This document shows, piece by piece, positions 1 through 9,054 of a stretch of DNA of 62,130 bases. Numbering within the stretch: the first letter of the stretch is position 1; each line of letters opens with the position of its first letter. Below the pieces are notes generated by a model, which saw only the letters and a program-made list of their open reading frames with translations, searched no databases and had not been told where the DNA came from. The stretch is from Patescibacteria group bacterium. Its GTDB lineage: Bacteria > Patescibacteriota > Patescibacteriia > PEXW01. Location of the stretch: contig JBAZBR010000006.1 of the NCBI GenBank assembly GCA_041671325.1, positions 1 through 62,130 of the forward strand, written 5' to 3'. Both the position numbers and the translations under genes were made by a program.

Positions 1-1313
1 AAATCATCCCAATCGCTGTGGAAAACCACCTCACCCTTTTTGGAATTTTGCGCCAGCCAGGTGGCGGAATTTTTGTAGTGCACGGCATTGATGCCTGAAT
101 TTAAATTTTCATAATTGGCTTTTTGGTCACGCCAAACCACAAAGGGCGCACTAATAACCAAGTAGGTTAATATGGCCGCACTAATCAATTTATGCTCACG
201 AAATTGGTTTTTCAAAAAATCTTTGAATTTATGCCAGCCTTCTCTGCCAATGGCCTCGTGGATCATGGTTGCGGCAGCGAGCGCTAAAAATGGCACGGCA
301 TATTCAACATACCTCCGGGATTTTAAGGTAAAGACGGAAAAAAATATGGCTAGTAATAACATAGTCCGACCTTTGGCTGTGGTCCGCCGGACATTGTTTA
401 AATAAAAAACCAAAGCCACCAAGAACGGCGCTACCACCACAATGTTATTGCCGATAAAATTAGTCAGGCCATAAGGGTACCACTCTCCGCCCACGCCGAT
501 AACGTTGCGGTAATTAACCAAACCAATTTGAATGGCCTGTTCCCAGATAAAATTAAAGGTGTTTGGGAAAAAGGGATTAGCAACCAAGCCCACGCTTACG
601 CCAGCCATTGCACATAAAAAAATCTGCAATGGTGAGTATTGCCTGATACCAGACCAAGTCCACCACTGGGGTTTATTTAGGTGCTTTAATATACCTGGCC
701 TAGTTTCATATTTCAGGACATCAAAAACTAAATTGGCTAACAATAATATGCCCGCTGCAGCAATTAAAACCAAGAACCCGCCATAAAGCAAAACAAAAAA
801 CCAGGCAATCAAGAAAGTGGCCATTTTCTTTTTGGAAAACATCAGCCAAATACCGATGATTAAAGTGGCTAATGACAAACTAGGTGCTTTGGCTAAGCTG
901 ATGCGGAAAGTAAAAGGCGTGGCCGCCAACAAAACCAGAGCCCAAACCCAAACGTGCCGCAAGCCTTGTTTCATTAAAAACCAGGCTGCGACTGTAATTA
1001 GTACCGCAGCAAAAAACACGGTTGCCAATTTAATGCCCGCCAAAGGATCCATAATTTTTACGAATGGAATTAGGGCCACGTGGTAAAGCCAGTGCTGGTC
1101 GATGTAATGCTGGCCTAGGGTGGTAAAAGGCAGCCAAGGAAATTGCCGGACTGCGCCCTGTTCGGCCGTCAAAACCCCCATGCGCGCGTGGTAAAAAGAA
1201 TCTGGATCGGCAAAAACCGCATTTTTTTGGAGGATAAAAAACACCGCAAAAGAGATTAAAAAAATTCCCAGAAGCATTAATAATTTTTCGTTTTGCTTGA
1301 TTAAGCCCGACAT
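1..1313 (-). CDS. Integral membrane protein, GT-C-like glycosyltransferase (partial, runs off window start)
   Basis: Not in the ORF track. My translation from ATG 1313 reads MSGLIKQNEKLLMLLGIFLISFAVFFILQKNAVFADPDSFYHARMG...QFPWLPFTTLGQHYIDQHWLYH...: a TM helix, then an acidic D-P-D-x-x-Y-H loop, then many hydrophobic segments. Confidence 0.65.
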   Translation of the reverse strand, partial: MSGLIKQNEKLLMLLGIFLISFAVFFILQKNAVFADPDSFYHARMGVLTAEQGAVRQFPWLPFTTLGQHYIDQHWLYHVALIPFVKIMDPLAGIKLATVFFAAVLITVAAWFLMKQGLRHVWVWALVLLAATPFTFRISLAKAPSLSLATLIIGIWLMFSKKKMATFLIAWFFVLLYGGFLVLIAAAGILLLANLVFDVLKYETRPGILKHLNKPQWWTWSGIRQYSPLQIFLCAMAGVSVGLVANPFFPNTFNFIWEQAIQIGLVNYRNVIGVGGEWYPYGLTNFIGNNIVVVAPFLVALVFYLNNVRRTTAKGRTMLLLAIFFSVFTLKSRRYVEYAVPFLALAAATMIHEAIGREGWHKFKDFLKNQFREHKLISAAILTYLVISAPFVVWRDQKANYENLNSGINAVHYKNSATWLAQNSKKGEVVFHSDWDD

Positions 1314-1338
1314 AAATGAAGTATACCCTAAAGAATAT

Positions 1339-1384
1339 CAAAAAGCCCTCCCCGCCAAGCATGGGGGTGAGGAGGACAAACAGA
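1339..1384 (-). terminator. Intrinsic terminator, copy 1 of a 46-bp direct repeat
   Basis: Minus-strand hairpin GUCCUCCUC...GGGGAGGGC followed by UUUUU, 4 nt after the stop at 1389; 43/46 identical to 3082..3127. Confidence 0.7.
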
Positions 1385-1388
1385 TGGC

Positions 1389-2978
1389 TTAGTTACAAGT
1401 TTGAACCGCTTTTATTGCGCTTTCTTTATTTATTGTTTTTAGTAGGTACAAATCATTTACTTTAGGATTTTCAAATTTCCAATAATACTCATTCAAAAGC
1501 GTGTTAATTTCCGGTAAATAATCTTTTGCTTTTAGGTTAAACATCGCATACTCTGGATTAAAACCGATTACTTTTGGCTTTTGGGTTAAGATTTGATTTA
1601 CAAATTCATTTTTACACTCAAGACAAGCGGCATGTAGGGGGAAAAAATAGGAATAGCGAGTTGCATGTTTTGCTTGAATAAAAAGTTCATCATAATGGAT
1701 ATATGGCCCCAGCCAGACATAATCATTCTTATCCGTTAATTGATTTATGACACAGGCTAAATGCGGTTTTATGGTTGTATCAAATAGCCCAATCCTCATA
1801 GAAAGTATAAAAGAGTAAAAACCAAAAATACTAAAAAACACAATGAAAATCCCAAAAGTTAAAAAGGTTTCCAAAACTTGCATCTTGTTGATTAATCTTT
1901 TAGTCTGAAAAGTCCAATCGGCCAGGATAGTAAAACAAATTATTGAAAGCAAGAGCACGCCCGCTGAAGTGTGGTGGGCGCCATAACCATTGCTGATAAC
2001 ATGCTCTAGCGAAAACAGTCGAGTCGTTAAAAAAATAAACGCACCAATCAGCAAAAACGCCAAGGCTTTTTGATTTTTTCGAATGCCGAAAACAACCGCA
2101 CTAAAAATTGAAGAAATGCTGGCAATAGCAAGCACTGTCCTTATTGATAATTCCGTTATCAATTGCCATAACAACCTTCCGGCATTTTTAAAACCTACAA
2201 AAAACCAGCCGAATATGGTTTTTGGGTAATTAACGAAAGGCGAGTAATATTGCTTGTTAAAAGTATAGGTCGCAAAAACAAAATCTTCTAAAGTGCCGGT
2301 CACAAACAAATAAATTAATAATAATAAATAAGGCGTTAAACAAATGGCTAAAAACTTGACTATTTGCTTAATTCTTTTGGCTTTTTCCATTTTCTTAACA
2401 AATGACCAAAGACCAAAAATAAACATGAATAAGCCAAATGGAATGTAAGCGTAAGACGATAAGACGCATGCACCAAGAAAAAACGAAAATAACCAGATGT
2501 CTTTGGGATGAATTTTTGTATTTTCGGGTAACCAAAGGGTTATTAACAGGATTATTAAAGAGCAACTACTGATTGCCACAAAAGTTTCGTTTAGAAGGGT
2601 TTGACCTCCCACATAAGGCAAAACCAGCAACAAAAAACCCCCGACAATCCAGCTAATTTTGTTATCAAATAAGCGTGAAAGCTGTCTTTTTGCCCAAAGT
2701 GCCCAAAAAACAAGAACGGTGTTAAATAACAAAGGTAGAACAAGCATGTTCCCCCAACTCAACAGTAGGAGAAAAGCTGAAAAAAAATATGGGAACGGCG
2801 GATGTTGAGTAAAGTATTGAGAATACAAAACTGAGCCGTGCAAAATTTCTCTTGCCCCAATAATATTTTCGATTTGGTTATGATCAAAAAAACCAGTGCT
2901 TACATTTATAGCCCCAATTGTGCAAAAAATTATTATCGCCAACAAATTTTTACGACTTGTTAGTTTAACCGTAAACAT
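1389..2978 (-). CDS. GT-C/PMT-like integral membrane glycosyltransferase
   Basis: 529 aa, about 12 hydrophobic segments; N-terminal loop DHNQIENIIGAREILHGSVLYSQYFTQHPP resembles the G-x-x-LY-x-D-x-x-D-x-KPP motif; soluble C-terminal tail; visibly more AT-rich than neighbours. Confidence 0.65.
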   Translation of the reverse strand: MFTVKLTSRKNLLAIIIFCTIGAINVSTGFFDHNQIENIIGAREILHGSVLYSQYFTQHPPFPYFFSAFLLLLSWGNMLVLPLLFNTVLVFWALWAKRQLSRLFDNKISWIVGGFLLLVLPYVGGQTLLNETFVAISSCSLIILLITLWLPENTKIHPKDIWLFSFFLGACVLSSYAYIPFGLFMFIFGLWSFVKKMEKAKRIKQIVKFLAICLTPYLLLLIYLFVTGTLEDFVFATYTFNKQYYSPFVNYPKTIFGWFFVGFKNAGRLLWQLITELSIRTVLAIASISSIFSAVVFGIRKNQKALAFLLIGAFIFLTTRLFSLEHVISNGYGAHHTSAGVLLLSIICFTILADWTFQTKRLINKMQVLETFLTFGIFIVFFSIFGFYSFILSMRIGLFDTTIKPHLACVINQLTDKNDYVWLGPYIHYDELFIQAKHATRYSYFFPLHAACLECKNEFVNQILTQKPKVIGFNPEYAMFNLKAKDYLPEINTLLNEYYWKFENPKVNDLYLLKTINKESAIKAVQTCN

Positions 2979-3081
2979 AAAACCGATGAAAAAAGTGCCC
3001 TGATTAATTTTTAACTAAACTCTAATTTTAAAAAACATGAATATAATAAGTCTACAATATAAAAATCCACCTGACTATAAC

Positions 3082-3127
3082 CAAAAAGCCCTCCCCGCCA
3101 AGCATGGGCGTGGGGAGGGCAAACAGA
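3082..3127 (-). terminator. Intrinsic terminator, copy 2 of the 46-bp direct repeat
   Basis: Perfect 9-bp stem GCCCTCCCC/GGGGAGGGC with U-tract on the minus strand, just after the pgi/pmi stop. Confidence 0.75.
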
Positions 3128-3145
3128 ATAAAAAAATCCTCAAGC

Positions 3146-4207
3146 TTATGTTCCGAGTTTTTGCTTAAAGTAATTTACCCACCTTATAGCTGCGGGATTG
3201 ATGTGGTATTGCAAGCCTAAACCCAAAGTCAGGTTGCTGCCAAGTACCACGGCTTCAATGGCCTGTTCTAGCTTGGTTTTTGATTGGAGTGATAATTCCA
3301 AGACTTTAGGGCCATTTTTCTGGATTACTTCCTTGGTTAAGCGCATCCGTTTCTGGATTCTGGGTGAATAAGCTTTGGAATTCAGCATTAAAAACACGGT
3401 ATTCCGGATATTAATCTTGGGGTTAGTCAGGCCTTCCATCAAGTGGTGATTCAATTCGGGAATTGGGAACCAGGTGGCAAAGCTTTTTGCCGTTTCATTG
3501 AATTGGTTGGCAAAAACATGGGCTGCCCCAACCAAATGCTCAGCGCCGACTACCAAAATGGCTTTACCGGATATTTGCCTAGTCAATTTCGCAATTGGAC
3601 TGGTAGTTTTTTCTAAATTGAACCGAGCTCCAACTTTACGGGCAGTTTGGATAGCCGACAAAATTTCCGTCTCAGTGATTTGCAATAAGCCAACCTTTTT
3701 CCATAAGCCCAGCAAACCAAAAATACCATAACCCAAACCAATCCTAGGTTGCTTAGATGGATTCGCTCTGGGATTAAAAATATAACTTGGGGTCTTGTTG
3801 GCTCTGGCGATTTTTGCCAAAGGCCCGCCTGCGCAAATGACCAGCATTTTTGCTTTTTTGGCTTTGGCAGACTTAAAAGCGGCCAGGGTTTCTTCGGTTG
3901 TGCCTGAATAACTTGAGAGTGTGACCAGGGTTCTGGAATTGACCCAGGCTGGAAGCTTATAGTCATTAATTATGATTATTGGCGCTTTGAGTTTGTCAGC
4001 GCAAGCGGTTTGGATTATATGCGCACCCAAGGCTGAGCCACCCATGCCGGCATCTACAATACAATCCACTTGGCTGGCCAGGGATTTGATCTTTAACTTT
4101 TGCGTCTCCTTATATGCCTGCTGCGCTTGGTCGGCAAAAAGGTTCACTGATTCAAAAACTTTTGCTTTGTCGAATTTTTGTATTAAGCCTGTGAAGGGCG
4201 ATTTCAT
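3146..4207 (-). CDS. Bifunctional phosphoglucose/phosphomannose isomerase (two SIS domains)
   Basis: AGMGGSALG, SSYSGTTEETL, QPRIGLGY, NQFNETAK and PELNHHLMEG motifs of the archaeal-type PGI/PMI family. Confidence 0.9.
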   Translation of the reverse strand: MKSPFTGLIQKFDKAKVFESVNLFADQAQQAYKETQKLKIKSLASQVDCIVDAGMGGSALGAHIIQTACADKLKAPIIIINDYKLPAWVNSRTLVTLSSYSGTTEETLAAFKSAKAKKAKMLVICAGGPLAKIARANKTPSYIFNPRANPSKQPRIGLGYGIFGLLGLWKKVGLLQITETEILSAIQTARKVGARFNLEKTTSPIAKLTRQISGKAILVVGAEHLVGAAHVFANQFNETAKSFATWFPIPELNHHLMEGLTNPKINIRNTVFLMLNSKAYSPRIQKRMRLTKEVIQKNGPKVLELSLQSKTKLEQAIEAVVLGSNLTLGLGLQYHINPAAIRWVNYFKQKLGT

Positions 4208-4283
4208 GTTCCTACCCTAACTCCATTTAAAAATCCTGGCAAGTATTAATTCTGGCCAAAGATTGGAATTAACTTATTATGCG

Positions 4284-4312
4284 TTGACTAAAACCTTTAT
4301 TTTTAGTATAAT
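4284..4312 (+). promoter_or_regulatory. Sigma70-type promoter of the yebC-ruvC-GT4 operon
   Basis: TTGACT-17 nt-TATAAT. Confidence 0.7.
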
Positions 4313-4348
4313 TATTACACTTTAAAAATCTAAGATGGGATTTTAACG

Positions 4349-5074
4349 ATGTCTGGACATTCCAAATGGTCAACGATTAAAAGGCAAAAAGGCATTACTG
4401 ATGCTAAGCGCTCAGCAGTATTTACTAAGCTCGGCAAGGCCATTTCAGTCGCGGCCAGATTGGGCGGCCCTGATACCGAAACGAATTTCCGTCTGCGATT
4501 GGCTATTGAAAAAGCCAGGGAAGCGAACATGCCTAATGAGAATGTTGACCGAGCGATTAAAAAAGGCGCGGGCGCGGGCGAAGGCCAACAAATCGAGGAA
4601 GTCACGTATGAAGGTTTTGGCCCTCATGGCACTACCCTACTTATCCAAACCGTAACTGATAATCGCAACCGGACAGTGGGTGAAATCCGTTCAATCCTAA
4701 GCAAGCTTAATGGCAGCTTGGGCAGCGCCAATAGCGTGGCTTGGCAATTTGAAAATTTGGGCGTTATCAGGATTCCTTCAGACCAATTGGCTAAAATAGA
4801 CAAAGAAACTTTTAGCTTAGACTTGATTGAGGCCGGGGCCCAAGATGTCCAGGATTCAGCCGAGGGCTTGACGATCTTGGTTCCAGCTAACGGCTTTGCC
4901 GCTATGCAAAAATTCATTGCAGCTAAGAACATTACGCCTCTATCAGCTGATTTGGAATTCGTGGCCAAACAACCAATTAAATTAAGTGAAAAAGATTCGG
5001 AAAAATTAAAAACCTTGATTGAGGCTATTGATGAGCATGAAGATGTAACGGCGATTTGGACCAATGCCGATTAA
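4349..5074 (+). CDS. yebC: YebC/PmpR family protein
   Basis: MSGHSKWSTIKRQKG, YEGFGPHG, TDNRNRT, LGSANSVAWQF motifs; next to ruvC. Confidence 0.97.
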   Translation: MSGHSKWSTIKRQKGITDAKRSAVFTKLGKAISVAARLGGPDTETNFRLRLAIEKAREANMPNENVDRAIKKGAGAGEGQQIEEVTYEGFGPHGTTLLIQTVTDNRNRTVGEIRSILSKLNGSLGSANSVAWQFENLGVIRIPSDQLAKIDKETFSLDLIEAGAQDVQDSAEGLTILVPANGFAAMQKFIAAKNITPLSADLEFVAKQPIKLSEKDSEKLKTLIEAIDEHEDVTAIWTNAD

Positions 5075-5552
5075 ACCAAAAATCGTTTTGGGCATTGACC
5101 CGGGCTTTGGCCGGGTCGGTTGGGGGGTTATTGAATATGCTAAAAACAAGCTGCGGGTTAAAGGTTACGGAGTGCTTGAGACTCCGGCTAAAACCGAATT
5201 TGCCCTGAGGCTTAAATATATTTTTTTAGAGGTTTCCAATTTAATAAAAAAATACCAGCCAGACTTGGCCGGGGTGGAAAGGCTATTCTTCTCCAAAAAT
5301 ATCAAGACGGCCATGCAAGTCAGCGAAGCCCGGGGTGTAATCCTCTTGGCCTTGGCTGAACAAAAAATAAAAGTCCATGAATGCACGCCCCAAGCTGTCA
5401 AGCAAACCTTGGTTTCCTACGGCCGGGCTGAAAAATTACAAATCCAACGTATGGTAAAAACCTTGTTAAAATTACCTGTCATTCCCAAACCCGACGACGC
5501 GGCGGATGCTTTGGCAATTGCCATAACTGCGGCTTTTTCCGAAAAATTATGA
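5064..5552 (+). CDS. ruvC: Holliday junction resolvase RuvC
   Basis: LGIDPG, ERLFFSKN, GRAEKLQIQRMV and PDDAADALAIA motifs. Confidence 0.97.
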   Translation: MPIKPKIVLGIDPGFGRVGWGVIEYAKNKLRVKGYGVLETPAKTEFALRLKYIFLEVSNLIKKYQPDLAGVERLFFSKNIKTAMQVSEARGVILLALAEQKIKVHECTPQAVKQTLVSYGRAEKLQIQRMVKTLLKLPVIPKPDDAADALAIAITAAFSEKL

Positions 5553-6820
5553 AACGCATCGCCCTTATTAATGTCCATTGCGATCCTTTAGAGCAGCTGG
5601 GCTCGGCCGAAGCAGGCGGCCAAAATGTGTATGTTTTCCATTTAGCCAAAGCCTTGGGTAAACTTGGTTTTCACGTGGATGTTTTTTCCCGGCTTAACTC
5701 CAGACTAAAAAAAGAACGCGTTAGGTTGACCAAGCATGTCCAATTCATCCGCTTGCGAGCCGGGCATAGACATTTTATCCCTAAAAATGAACTCGGACCC
5801 TTACTGCCAGAATTCATCAGTAATTTTTTGGCTTGGCAAAAACAGGAAAAAGCAACTTATTGCATGTTACATTCGCATTATTGGGAAGCCGGCTGGGTCA
5901 CTTTGCAATTGAAATCAATCTTGCGTTTGCCCCAAGCCCACACCTTCCATTCCTTGGGTATCATGCGCTATAACGCGCTTAAAGGTTTTCGCGAACAAAG
6001 CTTGAATACCAAGGAAATCAAGCACCGGATTGCCGTGGAAAAAGAAATCACCCAAAAAGCCGACCGCATAATCAGCACCAGTCCTTATGAGCGGGAATAT
6101 TTGGAAAAGCACTACGCCGCCAATCCTGATCACATCCGGGTAGTGCCTTGCGGCGTGGATTTAATCCGTTTTAAACCGATTGACCGCTTCGTTGCCAGAC
6201 GAAAAATCGGGGCTGAGCCAACGGAAAAAATAATTCTTTATACTGGCCGGATTGAATGGCGCAAAGGCATTGGCACTTTGGTTATCGCAGTTTCCAAATT
6301 ATTCAAACACCACCCGGAATTAAGGAAAAATACCCGACTCTATATTGTCGGCGGCAATTTGGGACGCCGGGCCGAGCCCGAGGTCAGGGATGAAATCCGC
6401 AGGCTTAAAGATGTTTGTCGGGAGCTGGGTATCCGCGACCGGGTGGAGTTCACCGGGGCGGTTCAACAAGAAAAACTGCACTTCTATTATTCAGCCTCAA
6501 ATGTTTGCGTCATTCCCTCCTACTATGAGCCTTTCGGCATGGTGCCATTGGAAGCCATGGCCTGCAAGGTGCCAGTTATCGCCTCAAATACTGGAGGGTT
6601 GCCTTATAGCGTCAGGGATGGCAAATCTGGAATTCTGGTACCCGTCAGAAATCCGGGTTGTATTGCCAACCAGCTTTTCAAAATTCTGCACGACCGGGAA
6701 TTTTCCGAAAAACTTATCCGGGGCGGCCGGGATCTGGTAAAAAACACTTTCTCCTGGAGGATTATTGCCGAGCAAGTCGCCCATGTATACGAACGGGTTT
6801 TAGAAACCCAAAAAAAATAA
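5549..6820 (+). CDS. GT4 glycosyltransferase, MshA/sucrose-phosphate-synthase-like
   Basis: HCDPLEQLGSAEAGGQNVYV, HSHYW, HTFHSLG, GRIEWRKG and PSYYEPFGMVPLEAMAC motifs. Confidence 0.85.
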   Translation: MKRIALINVHCDPLEQLGSAEAGGQNVYVFHLAKALGKLGFHVDVFSRLNSRLKKERVRLTKHVQFIRLRAGHRHFIPKNELGPLLPEFISNFLAWQKQEKATYCMLHSHYWEAGWVTLQLKSILRLPQAHTFHSLGIMRYNALKGFREQSLNTKEIKHRIAVEKEITQKADRIISTSPYEREYLEKHYAANPDHIRVVPCGVDLIRFKPIDRFVARRKIGAEPTEKIILYTGRIEWRKGIGTLVIAVSKLFKHHPELRKNTRLYIVGGNLGRRAEPEVRDEIRRLKDVCRELGIRDRVEFTGAVQQEKLHFYYSASNVCVIPSYYEPFGMVPLEAMACKVPVIASNTGGLPYSVRDGKSGILVPVRNPGCIANQLFKILHDREFSEKLIRGGRDLVKNTFSWRIIAEQVAHVYERVLETQKK

Positions 6821-6915
6821 GACCAATTTATGTTTGGTATTTTTCAATATGAAAAAGCCGCCTGGTATCTAGTATCAGACGGCGTTGTGATATTCATTGA
6901 AAAGACCATTCTTGC

Positions 6916-7443
6916 CTAAATCTTACCAACGCTAACAGCGATACAGTCGCCTTTACGAAAATTCGCGAAGTGTTGGTATCCGCCAATTCCGGTAATTCCG
7001 AAATCATAGTACCTCAAACTAAGCGTAAATTTCCCTATTTTTGAATAAACGCAGGGAATTTCGTTCTCGTACTGAACTCTGTCTTCATCAAGCCGATTAT
7101 GCTTTGTCCGTATCTCGGGGTACCCCGCAATCACTGTTGAATGTTTGCGCATTTCTTTGGGGTACTGCTCAACGAGCGCAAATAGTTGCCTAAGACCGAT
7201 CTTGTACAATTTATTCTCGGCCAATATATTAAACGCTTGATCTACGGCAATTGTCGTATGCACTTTGATTAGTTTAATTCTTATTACATGTTTCCTTTTT
7301 ACTCTTTCAAAATGCCTAGCGATATTGTTAATTAGCTTTGGATCTGGTGATTCTAAAAAAAGCGGCAGATAGCTTTCGAAAGTTCGATTTGCTTCGACCC
7401 TGATCTTTAAAAAAGCCGCCTCTGAAAGAACGTTTAAGCTCAT
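6916..7443 (-). CDS. Hypothetical protein, paralog-like to 7502..8092
   Basis: 175 aa; SD AAGGAG 7 nt before ATG; segment GLRQLFALVEQYPKEMRK matches DLQELLAVGEQYPEEQRT of the neighbour. Confidence 0.6.
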   Translation of the reverse strand: MSLNVLSEAAFLKIRVEANRTFESYLPLFLESPDPKLINNIARHFERVKRKHVIRIKLIKVHTTIAVDQAFNILAENKLYKIGLRQLFALVEQYPKEMRKHSTVIAGYPEIRTKHNRLDEDRVQYENEIPCVYSKIGKFTLSLRYYDFGITGIGGYQHFANFRKGDCIAVSVGKI

Positions 7444-7501
7444 GGCTAATCTCCTTTTTCTGAATATTTAAGCAATAAAGAGTCTGCGAGTTTTAAACTT
7501 C

Positions 7502-8092
7502 CTAGCACTGATATTTAGGAACGGCAGCGAAACCCCATCCAAAGCTGTGCCAGCCATTTTCGGGATAGATCAAAGAAAGATTACGATGACCATGAATCCA
7601 AGTTTCCCCAGTGAGGAACGGGAATTCCTTGTCCCATTCCGAAGCAAGAGCAACAATACCGCAGGTTCTCTGCTCTTCTGGATATTGTTCACCTACAGCG
7701 AGGAGTTCCTGGAGGTCGGCGGGGCGGAGATTGCGCTCTCCTAATTCCTTAAGCACATCTCCTGTGCTCATTGATTTGTCAAAGTGCACCAAGATAATTT
7801 TGATCAACTCGGTGCCGGAACCTGTACACGGGAAATTTTTGTCGTTGATATCCGGATGCTTTGAATAGTATTTACCGGCGGCAATGCCGTCAGCAATCGA
7901 CCGATCGCGGTTAACCGCGACATCCAGAACTTTATCCTTGTCAGTGACAATACTGTCGAAAGGGTTTTTCTCCTTCAAGAATCGCTCCAACTGACTTGGT
8001 AATAGAATACGGTTCTGAAGTTTTTTACTAAGGTCTGCTAACATGCCAAGAACGTTACCCAGCACATCATCGACTTGTCCTTGCTTAACCAT
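7502..8092 (-). CDS. Hypothetical protein (LRPA-x-L-x-ELLA...QYP-x-EQR motif)
   Basis: 196 aa; SD AAGGAG 7 nt before ATG; no recognisable catalytic motif. Confidence 0.65.
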   Translation of the reverse strand: MVKQGQVDDVLGNVLGMLADLSKKLQNRILLPSQLERFLKEKNPFDSIVTDKDKVLDVAVNRDRSIADGIAAGKYYSKHPDINDKNFPCTGSGTELIKIILVHFDKSMSTGDVLKELGERNLRPADLQELLAVGEQYPEEQRTCGIVALASEWDKEFPFLTGETWIHGHRNLSLIYPENGWHSFGWGFAAVPKYQC

Positions 8093-8218
8093 GAGTAATC
8101 TCCTTCTTTTTAATATGTTTTGAAAATGAACCTAGTTTTCAGCAGTAACAAAAAATTATCGTACTTTGCTAAATATTCGTCAAAATACTCCAACATTTTT
8201 TCCAAAATAGTAGAAATA

Positions 8219-8247
8219 TTGACATAATTAACAAGGTGTTCTAGGGT
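8219..8247 (+). promoter_or_regulatory. Sigma70-type promoter of the TrmB-family gene
   Basis: TTGACA-17 nt-TAGGGT; the same -10 variant occurs at 34168. Confidence 0.5.
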
Positions 8248-8258
8248 TAGCTACTGTT

Positions 8259-9029
8259 TTGTTAAATATTTCGGACATTATGGTTATTCAAACTGACCTC
8301 CTAAAACTCGGTTTTAACGCCAGCCGCAGTGCGGTCTACCTGGCTTGTTTAGAGCTCGGCTCTTCCACGGTGGCAGATATAGCCAAAAAATCTGGGATTC
8401 GGCGAACCACGGCCTACCGCATCCTCGAGGAACTAGTCGAAGATGGCTTGGCCGAAGAAGATCTGACTGGCCCAATCAAACGTTTTACTGCCCAGCCTCC
8501 TGGCCAGCTTGTCCAGCTTTTAAACAGCAAGAAAAATCAGGCTGAACAGCTTCTGCCAGAGCTAACCAAACTATTCCACCAGACTTCAGAAAAACCCAAA
8601 GTGCGTTTTTACGCTGGCCTTCGGGGACTAAAGACTATGTTGGAAGACTCCCTGACTTCAAAGGAAAAACTGGTTCGTTCCTTTTCTCCGTTGACGACTG
8701 ACCTGACGGCAACTATGGGCCAAACCTACACTCGGCACTACATTCAGCAGCGAATTAAACTTGGGGTTGAGCGACACGCTCTTCGCCCCTACACCCAAGA
8801 TAAAATCACTTCTAAAGACTGGGAATTCCAAGCTAGTGACCCAAAGCTCAAGCGCCAAGTCCGTTTCTTGCCTGAACGTTTGACTTTCCGAACACCCATT
8901 CAAATTTACGATGATAAAGTAACTATCATGGATTTGGACCAGCAGTTCGGATTTATTATGAAAAATTCCGCCTTGGCAAATTTCCTCAAACAGATTTTCG
9001 ACATGCTCTGGAACGTGGCGGAAAAATGA
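8259..9029 (+). CDS. TrmB family transcriptional regulator (wHTH plus PLD-like domain)
   Basis: LLKLGF...VYLACLELG...IAKKSGIRRTTAYRILEELVEDGL; C-terminal IQIYDDKVTI; ATG at 8280 may be the real start. Confidence 0.88.
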   Translation: MLNISDIMVIQTDLLKLGFNASRSAVYLACLELGSSTVADIAKKSGIRRTTAYRILEELVEDGLAEEDLTGPIKRFTAQPPGQLVQLLNSKKNQAEQLLPELTKLFHQTSEKPKVRFYAGLRGLKTMLEDSLTSKEKLVRSFSPLTTDLTATMGQTYTRHYIQQRIKLGVERHALRPYTQDKITSKDWEFQASDPKLKRQVRFLPERLTFRTPIQIYDDKVTIMDLDQQFGFIMKNSALANFLKQIFDMLWNVAEK

Positions 9030-9054
9030 TATTCATCCAAAACAACAACTTATT

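Noticed and set aside
172-1086. Three plus-strand ORFs (172, 532, 817)
   Set aside because: Antisense shadows of the minus-strand membrane protein gene; no independent motifs.
1030-1362. 110-aa ORF-track entry on the minus strand
   Set aside because: Wrong frame; the real gene starts at ATG 1313 in another frame and runs off the window start.
5549-6820. Calling this gene mshA (mycothiol synthesis)
   Set aside because: The motifs are shared with SPS/MfpsA-type GT4s, and no other mycothiol genes are in the window.
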